DNA from: Spirochaetaceae bacterium
Lineage (GTDB): Bacteria > Spirochaetota > Spirochaetia > DSM-2461
Assembly (NCBI GenBank): GCA_965224705.1
Contig: OZ245056.1
Location: 1,440,001-1,504,000 of the forward strand
Reading direction: 5' to 3'
DNA length: 64,000 bases
Position numbers and translations under genes: made by a program. The notes under the pieces are model-generated. The model ran no database searches, was not told the origin of the DNA, and saw only the letters and a program-made list of their open reading frames with translations. Of this stretch, positions 1-8,910 are shown piece after piece. Within the stretch, counting starts at the first letter, position 1, and every line of letters starts with the position of its first letter.

Positions 1-541
1 CCTCAAGAGAGGGATTGAGAGTGTCGCATCCGGCGTTCCGGAGGTCATCTTCCAGAGAAAAACCGGCCAACTCTTCGAAAGCCTGATTCATTGTCATGAT
101 ACGAAAATCCAGCTTATGGGATAAGTCATTCTTATCTCCAATTGTTTGGTATGCAAGGGTGAATAGCTTTTGCATTCTTGCTATGTTTGCTGCGGCATCT
201 GCACCGATTTCATACCATTCCAGCATGGAGAATTCCATACGGTGCCAGTTATCAATCTGCTCACCATTACGGAAACACTTACTGATTTGATATAGGGAGG
301 GAGAGCCTCTGGCAAGTAGAATTTTCATCCACACTTCCGGTGAAGGGATGAGGAAGAGCCGGTGAGTATTTCCTCTGGATCTGACGGCATTTGTTTCGAA
401 GAGCTCAATCTGGCTTTCGGGGATGGGTGATGGGGTGAGCGTTGGAGTTTCTACTTCCAGAAATCCAGCCTGATCAAAGTATTGGCGTATCTTTCTGTAC
501 AGAACTGATTTTTGCCGCAGGGCAGTCCATGAAGACAACAT
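1..541 (-). CDS. epmA: EF-P lysine--(R)-beta-lysine ligase (EpmA/GenX), 3' part runs off the window
   Basis: Not in the ORF track. Manual translation from ATG at 541: MLSSWTALRQKSVLYRKIRQYFDQAGFLEVETP...SPEVWMKILLARG...YQISKCFRNGEQIDNWHRMEFSMLEWY, the LysRS-like catalytic motifs without an anticodon-binding domain. Confidence 0.85.
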   Translation of the reverse strand, partial: MLSSWTALRQKSVLYRKIRQYFDQAGFLEVETPTLTPSPIPESQIELFETNAVRSRGNTHRLFLIPSPEVWMKILLARGSPSLYQISKCFRNGEQIDNWHRMEFSMLEWYEIGADAAANIARMQKLFTLAYQTIGDKNDLSHKLDFRIMTMNQAFEELAGFSLEDDLRNAGCDTLNPSLE

Positions 542-565
542 GTCGTAATTTTAAAAGGATCTCCA

Positions 566-580
566 GGAGGCTGTCGGACT
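566..580. repeat. Isolated terminal inverted repeat of MITE family A
   Basis: GGAGGCTGTCGGACT matches the family A end GGAGTCTGTCGGACTT. Confidence 0.55.
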
Positions 581-595
581 GTAATCAGCAGAGTG

Positions 596-769
596 TCAGT
601 CGCTGTTTATACAATCAGTTGGACAAACATCAACACAGGCACCACAGCTGATGCAGGCATCCTCTTCAATAATTCGGGCGTTATCCTGTTCACTGATGGC
701 GTCAACAGGGCATTCAGGTTCACAGGCACCGCAGTTGATACAGTCGTTTTTTGTAATAGTGTAAGCCAC
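596..769 (-). CDS. 2[4Fe-4S] ferredoxin
   Basis: Two CxxCxxCxxxCP motifs; GTG at 769 preceded by GGAG (ORF track starts at 781). Confidence 0.95.
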   Translation of the reverse strand: MAYTITKNDCINCGACEPECPVDAISEQDNARIIEEDACISCGACVDVCPTDCINSD

Positions 770-860
770 ATTCTTCTCCAATGAGTCGTTTCAAAATCAA
801 TTTATTGAAAGTTATTAAAAACTCTCTATAAGGTATCAGTTCGTGAAGGAATATCGCTAC

Positions 861-940
861 CCTGATGTTACCTCGACCAGATTCTCATTGAAAATGAAGC
901 TTTTGCCAAGCCTTTTACATGAAAAAATCAACTTTTCTAT
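861..940. repeat. Left copy of ~80-bp diverged direct repeat (partner 14524-14600)
   Basis: Shared core ATTCTCATTGAAAATGAAGC...CAAGCCTT...ATGAAAAA...TTTTCTAT. Confidence 0.8.
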
Positions 941-1105
941 TTGATCAATGTTACAATGCGCAGGCAGCGGTTGATGACGAAGGGAGCATACTGATCCTGG
1001 CTGGAGTAAATCTGACAGGTTGCTGGTTAAAGAGTCAATACCGTGTTCTTCATTCTTTTCGGGATGGAATTAGATGCGATTATCTTGATTTCTCTGGATT
1101 TCACC

Positions 1106-1134
1106 TTGACGCCTCAGATCGTTTCTCCTATTCT
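1106..1134 (+). promoter_or_regulatory. sigma70-like promoter of the sugar ABC operon
   Basis: TTGACG-17 nt-TATTCT, followed by imperfect palindrome AGGTGTTG-GA-CAACGCCT (1141-1158, possible operator) and AAGGAGG RBS. Confidence 0.6.
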
Positions 1135-1206
1135 TCAATAAGGTGTTGGACAACGCCTGGAAAATTAAAAATGCCAATTGAAAATGGTATTTAAGGAGGA
1201 AACGAT

Positions 1207-2481
1207 ATGAAGAATGCCTGGATCGCATTAATTCTTTCCATGGTTCTGTCTGTCAGCGTATTCGCTGGAGGTGGGCAGGAAACCGCCGTGGAAGGAGAGG
1301 ATGTCACGATCACGATGTTCCAGCTCAAAGTTGAGATTAAGGACGCTCTCGACGGCTTTGCTGCAAAATACTCCGCGATGGCTCCCGGAGTCACCGTCGA
1401 AGTGGAAACCCTCGGTGGAGGCGCGGATTATGGAGGGGCCATGAAGGCCAAGGCTCAGGCCGGTGACATGCCCGATATCTTCGTCATTGAAGGTAAAGGG
1501 GGTTACGATGTATGGAAGGACTACATTGCCGACCTCAGCGCGGAACCCTGGGTCAATGATACCGATCTCGAATTCATTGTGGATGGCACTGTCTACGGAT
1601 TCCCCGTAGCTATTGAAGGATATGGCCTTGCCTACAATGCCGATATTCTCGCGAAGGCCGGGATTGATCCCGCTTCCCTGACTACCCGCGGTGCCTACGA
1701 AGAAGCTTTTATGAAACTGGAGAGCATGAAAGGCGAACTCGGAATTGATGCTCCCGTGGCCATGGCCGCATCCCTGGCCGGAGGCATGTGGTGGGTAGCC
1801 GGTCAGCACAACCTGGCCGCCTACTGGGGCGGTGGACTGGATTTCACCGATACCAGCGTAATCAATTCCGCTCTGAGGGGGCAAATGGATGAAGATCGCT
1901 TCCGTGAATATGCCCAATATGTACAGCTTCTGTTTAAGTATGCCGATCAGAACATCCTTTTGAACGGCAGTTATGACGATCAGGTTGGTTCTTTCGCCCA
2001 GGGCCGCACGGCATTTCTGCACCAGGGCAACTGGGTGGATCCGAACATGAAGCAACTCGGGGTAAGCTTCAAAATGGGATATGCTCCCCACGCCTTCACC
2101 GAAAAGCCTCAGGAAGGGCTCTACCTCTTCGCTCCCAGCTGGTACTGTGTCAATGCCCAGAGCCCCAATGCCGATGCTGCCAAGGCCTTTTTGGCCGCCA
2201 TGGCGGGAACTCCCGATGGACATAACTACATGGTCAACGAAGCCGGCATGATCCCCGCCTTCAAGTCCGTTACCGACCAGCCCTCCGGTCAGCTCAGCCA
2301 GGCGCTGATGGCCGCCAATGCCAGGGGTGGAAACTACGGTGTATTCTTTGGAATGCTCCCCGATGGGGCCGGTCAGAATGTCTTCGGTCCGATCTACGAT
2401 CTGTACGCCCAGAATCAGGATGATCTTGATCAATTCATCGCTGATATGAAAGAGGCTATTGCGGGTCTTCCCAACATGTAA
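1207..2481 (+). CDS. Carbohydrate ABC transporter substrate-binding protein (MsmE-like)
   Basis: Signal peptide ending FAGGGQE, PDIF and QGNW motifs, followed by two permeases. Confidence 0.9.
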   Translation: MKNAWIALILSMVLSVSVFAGGGQETAVEGEDVTITMFQLKVEIKDALDGFAAKYSAMAPGVTVEVETLGGGADYGGAMKAKAQAGDMPDIFVIEGKGGYDVWKDYIADLSAEPWVNDTDLEFIVDGTVYGFPVAIEGYGLAYNADILAKAGIDPASLTTRGAYEEAFMKLESMKGELGIDAPVAMAASLAGGMWWVAGQHNLAAYWGGGLDFTDTSVINSALRGQMDEDRFREYAQYVQLLFKYADQNILLNGSYDDQVGSFAQGRTAFLHQGNWVDPNMKQLGVSFKMGYAPHAFTEKPQEGLYLFAPSWYCVNAQSPNADAAKAFLAAMAGTPDGHNYMVNEAGMIPAFKSVTDQPSGQLSQALMAANARGGNYGVFFGMLPDGAGQNVFGPIYDLYAQNQDDLDQFIADMKEAIAGLPNM

Positions 2482-2493
2482 TTGAATTGGGCG

Positions 2494-2630
2494 GGACTGT
2501 GTCAGGACTCGTCTTTGACCCGCATACGGCGTTGAAAAACCCGCTTAAAATGCTCATGTATACGCATAGCGCTTTTAAGCGGGTTCCCGCCCTGTTCTTA
2601 AGAACCAGATCCTTCGTCCTGACACAGCCT
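2494..2630. mobile_element. MITE family B, intercistronic
   Basis: 12-bp perfect inverted ends CTGTGTCAGGAC (2497-2508)/GTCCTGACACAG (2616-2627); internal AACCCGCTTAAAA...TTTTAAGCGGGTT stem; partial second copy at 14423-14470. Confidence 0.7.
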
Positions 2631-2677
2631 GTTTTTTCTCATCAGGCTCTCAGGATCCTTAACAGGAGCCATCCGCT

Positions 2678-3565
2678 ATGGATAACAAACGTTTTATCAA
2701 TATACTATTTTTATTCCCCGTGGTTTTCGCCTTCATCATGGTAATCGTCGTACCATTCTTTTTTGGCCTCTACTATTCCCTGACAGACTGGAACGGCATC
2801 AGTCCCATTGTAAACTTCATCGGCCTGGCAAACTACGTTGATTTTTTCACCATGCCGAGCTTTCTCTACTCTTTTTTGATTACCATAGCCTTTACACTCA
2901 TCAATGTGATTCTTGTCAACATTGTCAGTTTCGCCCTCTCCCTTATCATTACCAGCGATTTGAAGTTACGGAACTTTTACAGGGCCGGTTTTTTTGTACC
3001 CTATTTGATCGGCGGAATTGTCCTTGGATATATCTGGCAGTTTCTGTTCAATAACTTCCTTGTCTCGATCGGACAGAATCTGTCCCTCCAGTTTCTGCAA
3101 ACATCATTCCTGAGTCGGCCGGAATTTGTTATCTGGGCCATGTCGGCAGTCAATACCTGGCAGTATGCGGGATATCTGATGCTCATCTATGTGGCGTCGA
3201 TCCAGAGCATCCCCGCCTCGCTGACGGAAGCCGCCGAGGTGGACGGCGCCTCCTATTTGCGGCGGGTCATTCATATTCAGGTCCCCATGATGGCAAACGC
3301 CTTTACAATCTCCCTGTTTCTGACTCTGACAACATCCTTCAAGCAATTCGATATGAACTTCACCCTGACCAACGGCGGTCCGGCCACCCGGTTCATGGGG
3401 GCTCCTGTTAAAGCCAGCCAGTTGCTGGCAATGAATATCTTTCACACCGCCACCGCCAACAGAATGGCCGAGGCACAGGCAAAAGCCGTGGTGCTCTTCA
3501 TATCACTGGTGGTCGTCGCCTTGATTCAGGTTGCCATCAACAAGAAAAAAGAGGTGGAAATGTAA
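2678..3565 (+). CDS. Carbohydrate ABC transporter permease (MalF/MsmF-like)
   Basis: Multiple TM segments, EAAEVDGAS EAA loop. Confidence 0.92.
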   Translation: MDNKRFINILFLFPVVFAFIMVIVVPFFFGLYYSLTDWNGISPIVNFIGLANYVDFFTMPSFLYSFLITIAFTLINVILVNIVSFALSLIITSDLKLRNFYRAGFFVPYLIGGIVLGYIWQFLFNNFLVSIGQNLSLQFLQTSFLSRPEFVIWAMSAVNTWQYAGYLMLIYVASIQSIPASLTEAAEVDGASYLRRVIHIQVPMMANAFTISLFLTLTTSFKQFDMNFTLTNGGPATRFMGAPVKASQLLAMNIFHTATANRMAEAQAKAVVLFISLVVVALIQVAINKKKEVEM

Positions 3566-4482
3566 TGAGTACGATAGCAACGAATCAACCATCCGGCCTA
3601 TCCGCCCACGCTAAGGCGGTAGGAGGCAATTCACGGAAGACAGGAAAGATCATCCTTGAAGTCGTCACAGTCACGCTCTTCCTGCTGTTTATGGTCCCCT
3701 TCATCCTGGTCATCCTGAATTCAGCTAAAACTTCCAGGGAGATCATTTTCAATGCCATCGCCCTGCCTACCGACTGGGGTCAGATCTTGACCAATATTTC
3801 CCTTATCTTCAATAATCCGACAGTCGATTACTACGGGGCCTTTGTGGATAGTACCCTGATCACTGTCTTCTCGCTCATCGTCATCGTGGTTTTCTCATCC
3901 ATGGCGGCCTGGGTATTGGTCCGAAATAAAACTTCCTGGTCCACCTGGTTGTTCATGATCTTCGTAGCGGCCATGGTAATCCCCTTCCAGGTACTGATGT
4001 ATCCTTTAGTCCGGTGGATGAGGATCCTGGGTGACTTCCTACACCTCCGCCTGCTTGGCTCCATCCCGGGGATCGTCTTCGCCTACCTTGGGTTCGGATC
4101 ATCCCTTTCCATCTTCATCTTCCATGGATTTATCAAGTCCATTCCATACGAGTTGGAAGAAGCGGCCACCATCGATGGCTGTTCCCAGCAGAGGATCTTC
4201 TTTCAGATCATATTCCCGCTGCTCAAGCCCATCATCGTCACGGTATTGATTCTCAATGGAATCTGGATATGGAACGACTACCTGCTGCCCCTTCTGATGC
4301 TTGGTTCAAACGGCAGCGTGCAAACCATTCCCATCGCCGTGACGGCCTTCGCGGGGGCCTACCTCAAACAATGGGATCTCATTCTGACTTCGACACTGCT
4401 GGCGATACTGCCTGTGATAGTACTCTATATTTTTGCGCAGAGATATATCATAAAAGGGATGATTGAGGGCGCGATAAAGTGA
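3565..4482 (+). CDS. Carbohydrate ABC transporter permease (MalG/MsmG-like)
   Basis: EEAATIDGCS EAA loop, WNDYLLP motif, TAATG coupling. Confidence 0.92.
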   Translation: MSTIATNQPSGLSAHAKAVGGNSRKTGKIILEVVTVTLFLLFMVPFILVILNSAKTSREIIFNAIALPTDWGQILTNISLIFNNPTVDYYGAFVDSTLITVFSLIVIVVFSSMAAWVLVRNKTSWSTWLFMIFVAAMVIPFQVLMYPLVRWMRILGDFLHLRLLGSIPGIVFAYLGFGSSLSIFIFHGFIKSIPYELEEAATIDGCSQQRIFFQIIFPLLKPIIVTVLILNGIWIWNDYLLPLLMLGSNGSVQTIPIAVTAFAGAYLKQWDLILTSTLLAILPVIVLYIFAQRYIIKGMIEGAIK

Positions 4483-4506
4483 TCGGGAACCACCTTTGAA
4501 GGGCAA

Positions 4507-4593
4507 GCGGAACGGGGAAGAGCCCAGCCGAAAGGTTATCAGTATGCCGGGAGTAACGATGTGGACGACGCGGGGTGCTATGAGGATAATTCC
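4507..4593 (+). pseudogene. Fragment of an FGE-sulfatase (SUMF1-like) domain gene
   Basis: Translates AERGRAQPKGYQYAGSNDVDDAGCYEDNS, resembling the family segment ARGG...GYxYAGSNxxDxVAWYxxNS; no start, cut off at the 102-nt element. Confidence 0.55.
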
Positions 4594-4600
4594 AGAGCGC

Positions 4601-4702
4601 AGGGGGGATTCTCAAGGGGGACACCCCCTTGAGTCGTATTTTTCTTTGTTAAACTTTCTTTTTGTCGAAAAAAAAGAAAGTTTAGGCCCAGCGGCCCGAG
4701 CG
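4601..4702 (+). repeat. Invariant 102-nt double-hairpin element, copy 1
   Basis: CTCAAGGGGG-ACA-CCCCCTTGAG stem, T-rich run, AAACTTTCTTTT...AAAAGAAAGTTT stem; identical at 6659-6760, 8782-8883, 12520-12621. Confidence 0.95.
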
Positions 4703-4737
4703 ACCACCCACAAAAACATGCTACACTAAAATCCATT

Positions 4738-6507
4738 GTGAAAAAGAAACTGGAACAGGGCATCACCGATTTCAAGGAATTCATCAGTGAAAGCTGCTAT
4801 TTTGTCGATAAAACCCGTCTTATCGCCTATCTTATTGATCATCCCAGCAAGGTACACCTCATCACCCGCCCCCGCCGCTTCGGCAAAACCCTGAACCTCA
4901 GCATGATCCGCTACTTCTTTGAAGCCCCACCGTCGGGCGGTGAACGCATCGTTAGTAACGATGCCCCCCCCGAAGAGCCGTCCAATGCTGCGCTGTTCAA
5001 CGGCATGTCCATATCAAAACATCCCCGATGCCGCGAATACATGGGAAAATACCCTGTGATACACCTGAGTTTCAAGGACGTGAAAAAATCAACTTATCAA
5101 AACTGCATGGCTCTTATCAGGAACATGCTCTCTGCGGAATACCAACGGCATGAGTATTTGCAGAATTGTGGAGTGTTGCGCGATGCCGAAAAAGAGCTGT
5201 TTTCCAAAATATTGGACAAAAAAGGCAGCGATCAGGACTGCGAGGAATCCATAATTTTTCTGTCTATATGGCTCAAGCGCGCCTACGGCAAACCGGTCTA
5301 CATCCTTCTGGACGAGTACGACACCCCGCTGCACGCCGCCTACACCGACAACTTCTACGATGAAATGATCGCCTTCATCCGCAGCTTCATGGTGCAGAGC
5401 TTCAAGGACAACCCCAATTTGAAGCAGGCGGTGGTTATCGGCATACTCAAAGTGGCCCAGGAAAGCATCTTCAGCGACTTCAACAATCCAGCGGTGTCTA
5501 CCCTGCTCGATCCCGAAATGGAGGACTGCTTCGGCTTCACGGAACCCGAAGTGGAGGCCATGGCGGACTACTATGAGCTTGGGGACAGGATGGACGGCAT
5601 CCGGGAATGGTACAACGGCTACATCTTCGGCGGGGACACGATCATCTACAATCCCTGGAGCATAGTCAATTACCTCAGGAGACCATCGGCCGGACTGCGT
5701 CCCTACTGGGTGCACACCAGTGCCAACAGGATGGTCAAGGAAACACTGCAGCTGAACAAAAGGGACAGCCGGGAAACCATGGAAAGGCTGCTTAAGGGAG
5801 AGGAGGTCAGACGGGAAGTAGCGGTCAACATCGTCTATCCGCAGATACGAACCCGCCCGGATGTGGCATGGAGTTTTCTACTCCACGGCGGTTATCTCAA
5901 GGCCAGCGAAAGGCGGCAGCATGAGATGAGCCAGGACTACCGACTGGAAATTCCCAACCGCGAGGTGCGCTATTCCTACATGACCACAATCAAGGACTGG
6001 CTGGAGGAGGATGTGGAGGCGGGCGAGTCCTTTCATTCCTTTATCCGCGGCATCAGGGAAGGGAATGCTGCCCTGATCGAGAGGGGGCTGGGGAAGGTTC
6101 TCTTAAGCATGGCCAGTTATTACGACACCGCTGGTGAAGACGAAGAACTGGAGCGGGTGGAAGGCTTCTACCACGGTCTGGTACTGGGGATGCTGGCCTA
6201 CCTGAGCGGCGAGTACACGGTGGAGAGCAACCGGGAATGCGGCATGGGCCGCCCCGACATCGTATTGATTCAACGCGGCTCCGGGCGACCCGACCATGTT
6301 CTGCTGTTCGAGTTCAAACGGGAGCCTGCCGCCGGAACCACACCGCTCAAGCAGCTGGCACAGGAGGCCTATTCCCAGGCGGAGCAAAAATACCTGGAGG
6401 GGGTGCAAGAGAAGTGGAACCCGGGGGAGATTGTCATCTACGGAGTGGGCTTTCGCGGCAAGGCACTGGCATTGGAAGCAAGCGGGGAGAACGAAGCTCT
6501 CCCATGA
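4738..6507 (+). CDS. AAA-ATPase-like domain + PD-(D/E)XK nuclease protein, array copy 1
   Basis: Walker A RPRRFGKT, Walker B ILLDEYD, WYNGY and YNPWS motifs, C-terminal EGFYHG...SNRECGMGRPDI...FEFK (AAA-ATPase_like/PDDEXK_9 type). Confidence 0.92.
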   Translation: MKKKLEQGITDFKEFISESCYFVDKTRLIAYLIDHPSKVHLITRPRRFGKTLNLSMIRYFFEAPPSGGERIVSNDAPPEEPSNAALFNGMSISKHPRCREYMGKYPVIHLSFKDVKKSTYQNCMALIRNMLSAEYQRHEYLQNCGVLRDAEKELFSKILDKKGSDQDCEESIIFLSIWLKRAYGKPVYILLDEYDTPLHAAYTDNFYDEMIAFIRSFMVQSFKDNPNLKQAVVIGILKVAQESIFSDFNNPAVSTLLDPEMEDCFGFTEPEVEAMADYYELGDRMDGIREWYNGYIFGGDTIIYNPWSIVNYLRRPSAGLRPYWVHTSANRMVKETLQLNKRDSRETMERLLKGEEVRREVAVNIVYPQIRTRPDVAWSFLLHGGYLKASERRQHEMSQDYRLEIPNREVRYSYMTTIKDWLEEDVEAGESFHSFIRGIREGNAALIERGLGKVLLSMASYYDTAGEDEELERVEGFYHGLVLGMLAYLSGEYTVESNRECGMGRPDIVLIQRGSGRPDHVLLFEFKREPAAGTTPLKQLAQEAYSQAEQKYLEGVQEKWNPGEIVIYGVGFRGKALALEASGENEALP

Positions 6508-6658
6508 AGTCTGCGTCAACCGCTTCAAAGCGGTCCGTGCCCTGTCCTATGAAGAGGGACCTAACCCATAAATATAACGACATCTCCACTAAGCAAATTT
6601 TCCCCAAGTTCACCCAAAAGCCCCTGAAGAGAGCAAAAAACCCGCTTTTCACGAAGCG

Positions 6659-6760
6659 AGGGGGGATTCTCAAGGGGGACACCCCCTTGAGTCGTATTTT
6701 TCTTTGTTAAACTTTCTTTTTGTCGAAAAAAAAGAAAGTTTAGGCCCAGCGGCCCGAGCG
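6659..6760 (+). repeat. Invariant 102-nt double-hairpin element, copy 2
   Basis: Identical to 4601-4702. Confidence 0.95.
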
Positions 6761-6794
6761 GCCACTCACAAAACCATGCTATGCTAAAGATGTC

Positions 6795-8561
6795 ATGAAA
6801 AAGAATCTGACTCAGGGCATCACCGATTTCAAGAAATTCATCGACAATAACTGCTACTTTGTTGATAAAACCCATTTCATCGGTTGCCTTATCGACGACC
6901 CCAGCGAAGTGCACCTCATCACCCGCCCCCGGCGCTTCGGCAAAACCTTGAACCTGAGCATGATCCGTTACTTCTTCGAGGCCCCACCGTCGGGCGGTGA
7001 ACGCATCGTTAGCAGCGATCCACCACCCAATGCCTCATTGTTCAATGGCATGTCCATATCAAAACACCCCCAATGCCGCGAATACATGGGGCAGTATCCG
7101 GTAATACACTTGAGTTTCAAGGATGCCAAGGGTTCTTCGCATACGGAGTGCATGGAGATCATCAAGGATATGCTCTCCGCAGAATATCAGCGACATGAAT
7201 ACTTGCAGGACTGTGAAGTGCTGCGCGAAATTGATAAAGAATTATTTCTCAAAATATCGAATAAAAAAGGCACTGATCAGAACTGCGCACAGTCGATAAA
7301 ATACCTTTCCTCCTGGCTTAAGCGCGCCTACGGCAAACCGGTCTACATCCTTCTGGACGAGTACGACACCCCGCTGCACGCCGCCTACACCGACAACTTT
7401 TACGATGAAATGATCGCCTTCATCCGCAGCTTCATGGTACAGAGCTTCAAGGACAATCCCAATTTGAAGCAGGCGGTGGTTATCGGCATACTCAAGGTGG
7501 CCCAGGAAAGCATCTTCAGCGACTTCAACAATCCAGCGGTGTCCACCCTGCTCGATCCCGAAATGGAGGACTGTTTCGGCTTCACGGAACCCGAAGTGGA
7601 GGCCATGGCGGACTACTATGAGCTTGGGGACAGGATGGACGGCATCAGAGAATGGTACAACGGCTACATTTTCGGCGGGGACACGGTCATTTACAATCCC
7701 TGGAGCATAGTCAATTACCTCAGGAGGCCATCGGCCGGGCTGCGTCCCTACTGGGTGCACACCAGTGCCAACAGGATGGTGAAGGAAACGCTGCAGCTGA
7801 ACAAAAGGGACAGCCGGGAAACCATGGAGAAACTGCTCAGGGGAGAGGAAGTCAGGCGTGAGGTGGCACTCAACATCGTCTACCCGCAGATACGAACCCG
7901 CCCGGATGTGGCATGGAGCTTCCTGCTCCACGGCGGCTATCTGAAGGCCAGCGAAAGGCAGCAGCACGAGATAAGCCAGGACTACCGGCTGGAAATTCCC
8001 AACCGAGAGGTACGCTATTCCTACATGACCACAATCAAGGACTGGCTGGAGGAGGATGTAGAGGCAGGCGAGTCCTTTCATTCCTTTATCCGCGGCATCA
8101 GGGAAGGGAATGCCGCTTTGATCGAGAGAGGTCTGGGTAAGGTTCTCCTGAGCATGGCCAGTTATTACGACACCGCTGATGCCGTTGGTGACGACGAGGA
8201 AATGGAGCGGGTGGAGGGCTTCTACCACGGCCTGGTACTTGGAATGCTGGCCTACTTAAGCGGCGAGTACACGGTAGAGAGCAACCGGGAATGCGGGATG
8301 GGCCGCCCCGACATCGTATTGATTCAGCGCGGCCCTGGGCGGCCCGATCATGTTCTGCTGTTTGAGTTCAAACGGGAGTCTGCCGCCGGAACCACGCCGC
8401 TAAAGCAGCTGGCGCAGGAGGCCTATTCCCAGGCGGAGCAAAAATACCTGGAGGGGGCAAAGGAGAAGTGGAACCCGGAGAAAATTGTCATCTATGGGGT
8501 GGGCTTTCGCGGCAAGGCACTGGCTTTGGAGACAAACGGGGAGAACGAAGCTCCCCCATGA
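6795..8561 (+). CDS. AAA-ATPase-like + PD-(D/E)XK nuclease protein, array copy 2
   Basis: Same motifs as copy 1, intact ORF. Confidence 0.92.
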   Translation: MKKNLTQGITDFKKFIDNNCYFVDKTHFIGCLIDDPSEVHLITRPRRFGKTLNLSMIRYFFEAPPSGGERIVSSDPPPNASLFNGMSISKHPQCREYMGQYPVIHLSFKDAKGSSHTECMEIIKDMLSAEYQRHEYLQDCEVLREIDKELFLKISNKKGTDQNCAQSIKYLSSWLKRAYGKPVYILLDEYDTPLHAAYTDNFYDEMIAFIRSFMVQSFKDNPNLKQAVVIGILKVAQESIFSDFNNPAVSTLLDPEMEDCFGFTEPEVEAMADYYELGDRMDGIREWYNGYIFGGDTVIYNPWSIVNYLRRPSAGLRPYWVHTSANRMVKETLQLNKRDSRETMEKLLRGEEVRREVALNIVYPQIRTRPDVAWSFLLHGGYLKASERQQHEISQDYRLEIPNREVRYSYMTTIKDWLEEDVEAGESFHSFIRGIREGNAALIERGLGKVLLSMASYYDTADAVGDDEEMERVEGFYHGLVLGMLAYLSGEYTVESNRECGMGRPDIVLIQRGPGRPDHVLLFEFKRESAAGTTPLKQLAQEAYSQAEQKYLEGAKEKWNPEKIVIYGVGFRGKALALETNGENEAPP

Positions 8562-8781
8562 AGTCTGCGTCAACCGCTTCAAAGCGGTCCGTGCCCGCCC
8601 CCTGTCCTATGAAGAGGGACCTAACCCATAAATATAACGACATCCCCACTAAGCAAATTTTCCCCAAGTTCACCCAAAAGCCCCCGCCAAGCCGTCAGTC
8701 CAAATCACCCCGCACCTTTCGTCCTTCGCAACCAACCCCAAAGCCCCTGAAGAGAACAAAAAACCCGCTTTTCACGAAGCG

Positions 8782-8883
8782 AGGGGGGATTCTCAAGGGG
8801 GACACCCCCTTGAGTCGTATTTTTCTTTGTTAAACTTTCTTTTTGTCGAAAAAAAAGAAAGTTTAGGCCCAGCGGCCCGAGCG
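8782..8883 (+). repeat. Invariant 102-nt double-hairpin element, copy 3
   Basis: Identical to 4601-4702. Confidence 0.95.
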
Positions 8884-8910
8884 GCCACTCACAAAATCAT
8901 GCTACACTAA

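Noticed and set aside
1228..2433. 401-aa antisense ORF
   Set aside because: Mirror of a well-supported SBP gene, no motifs
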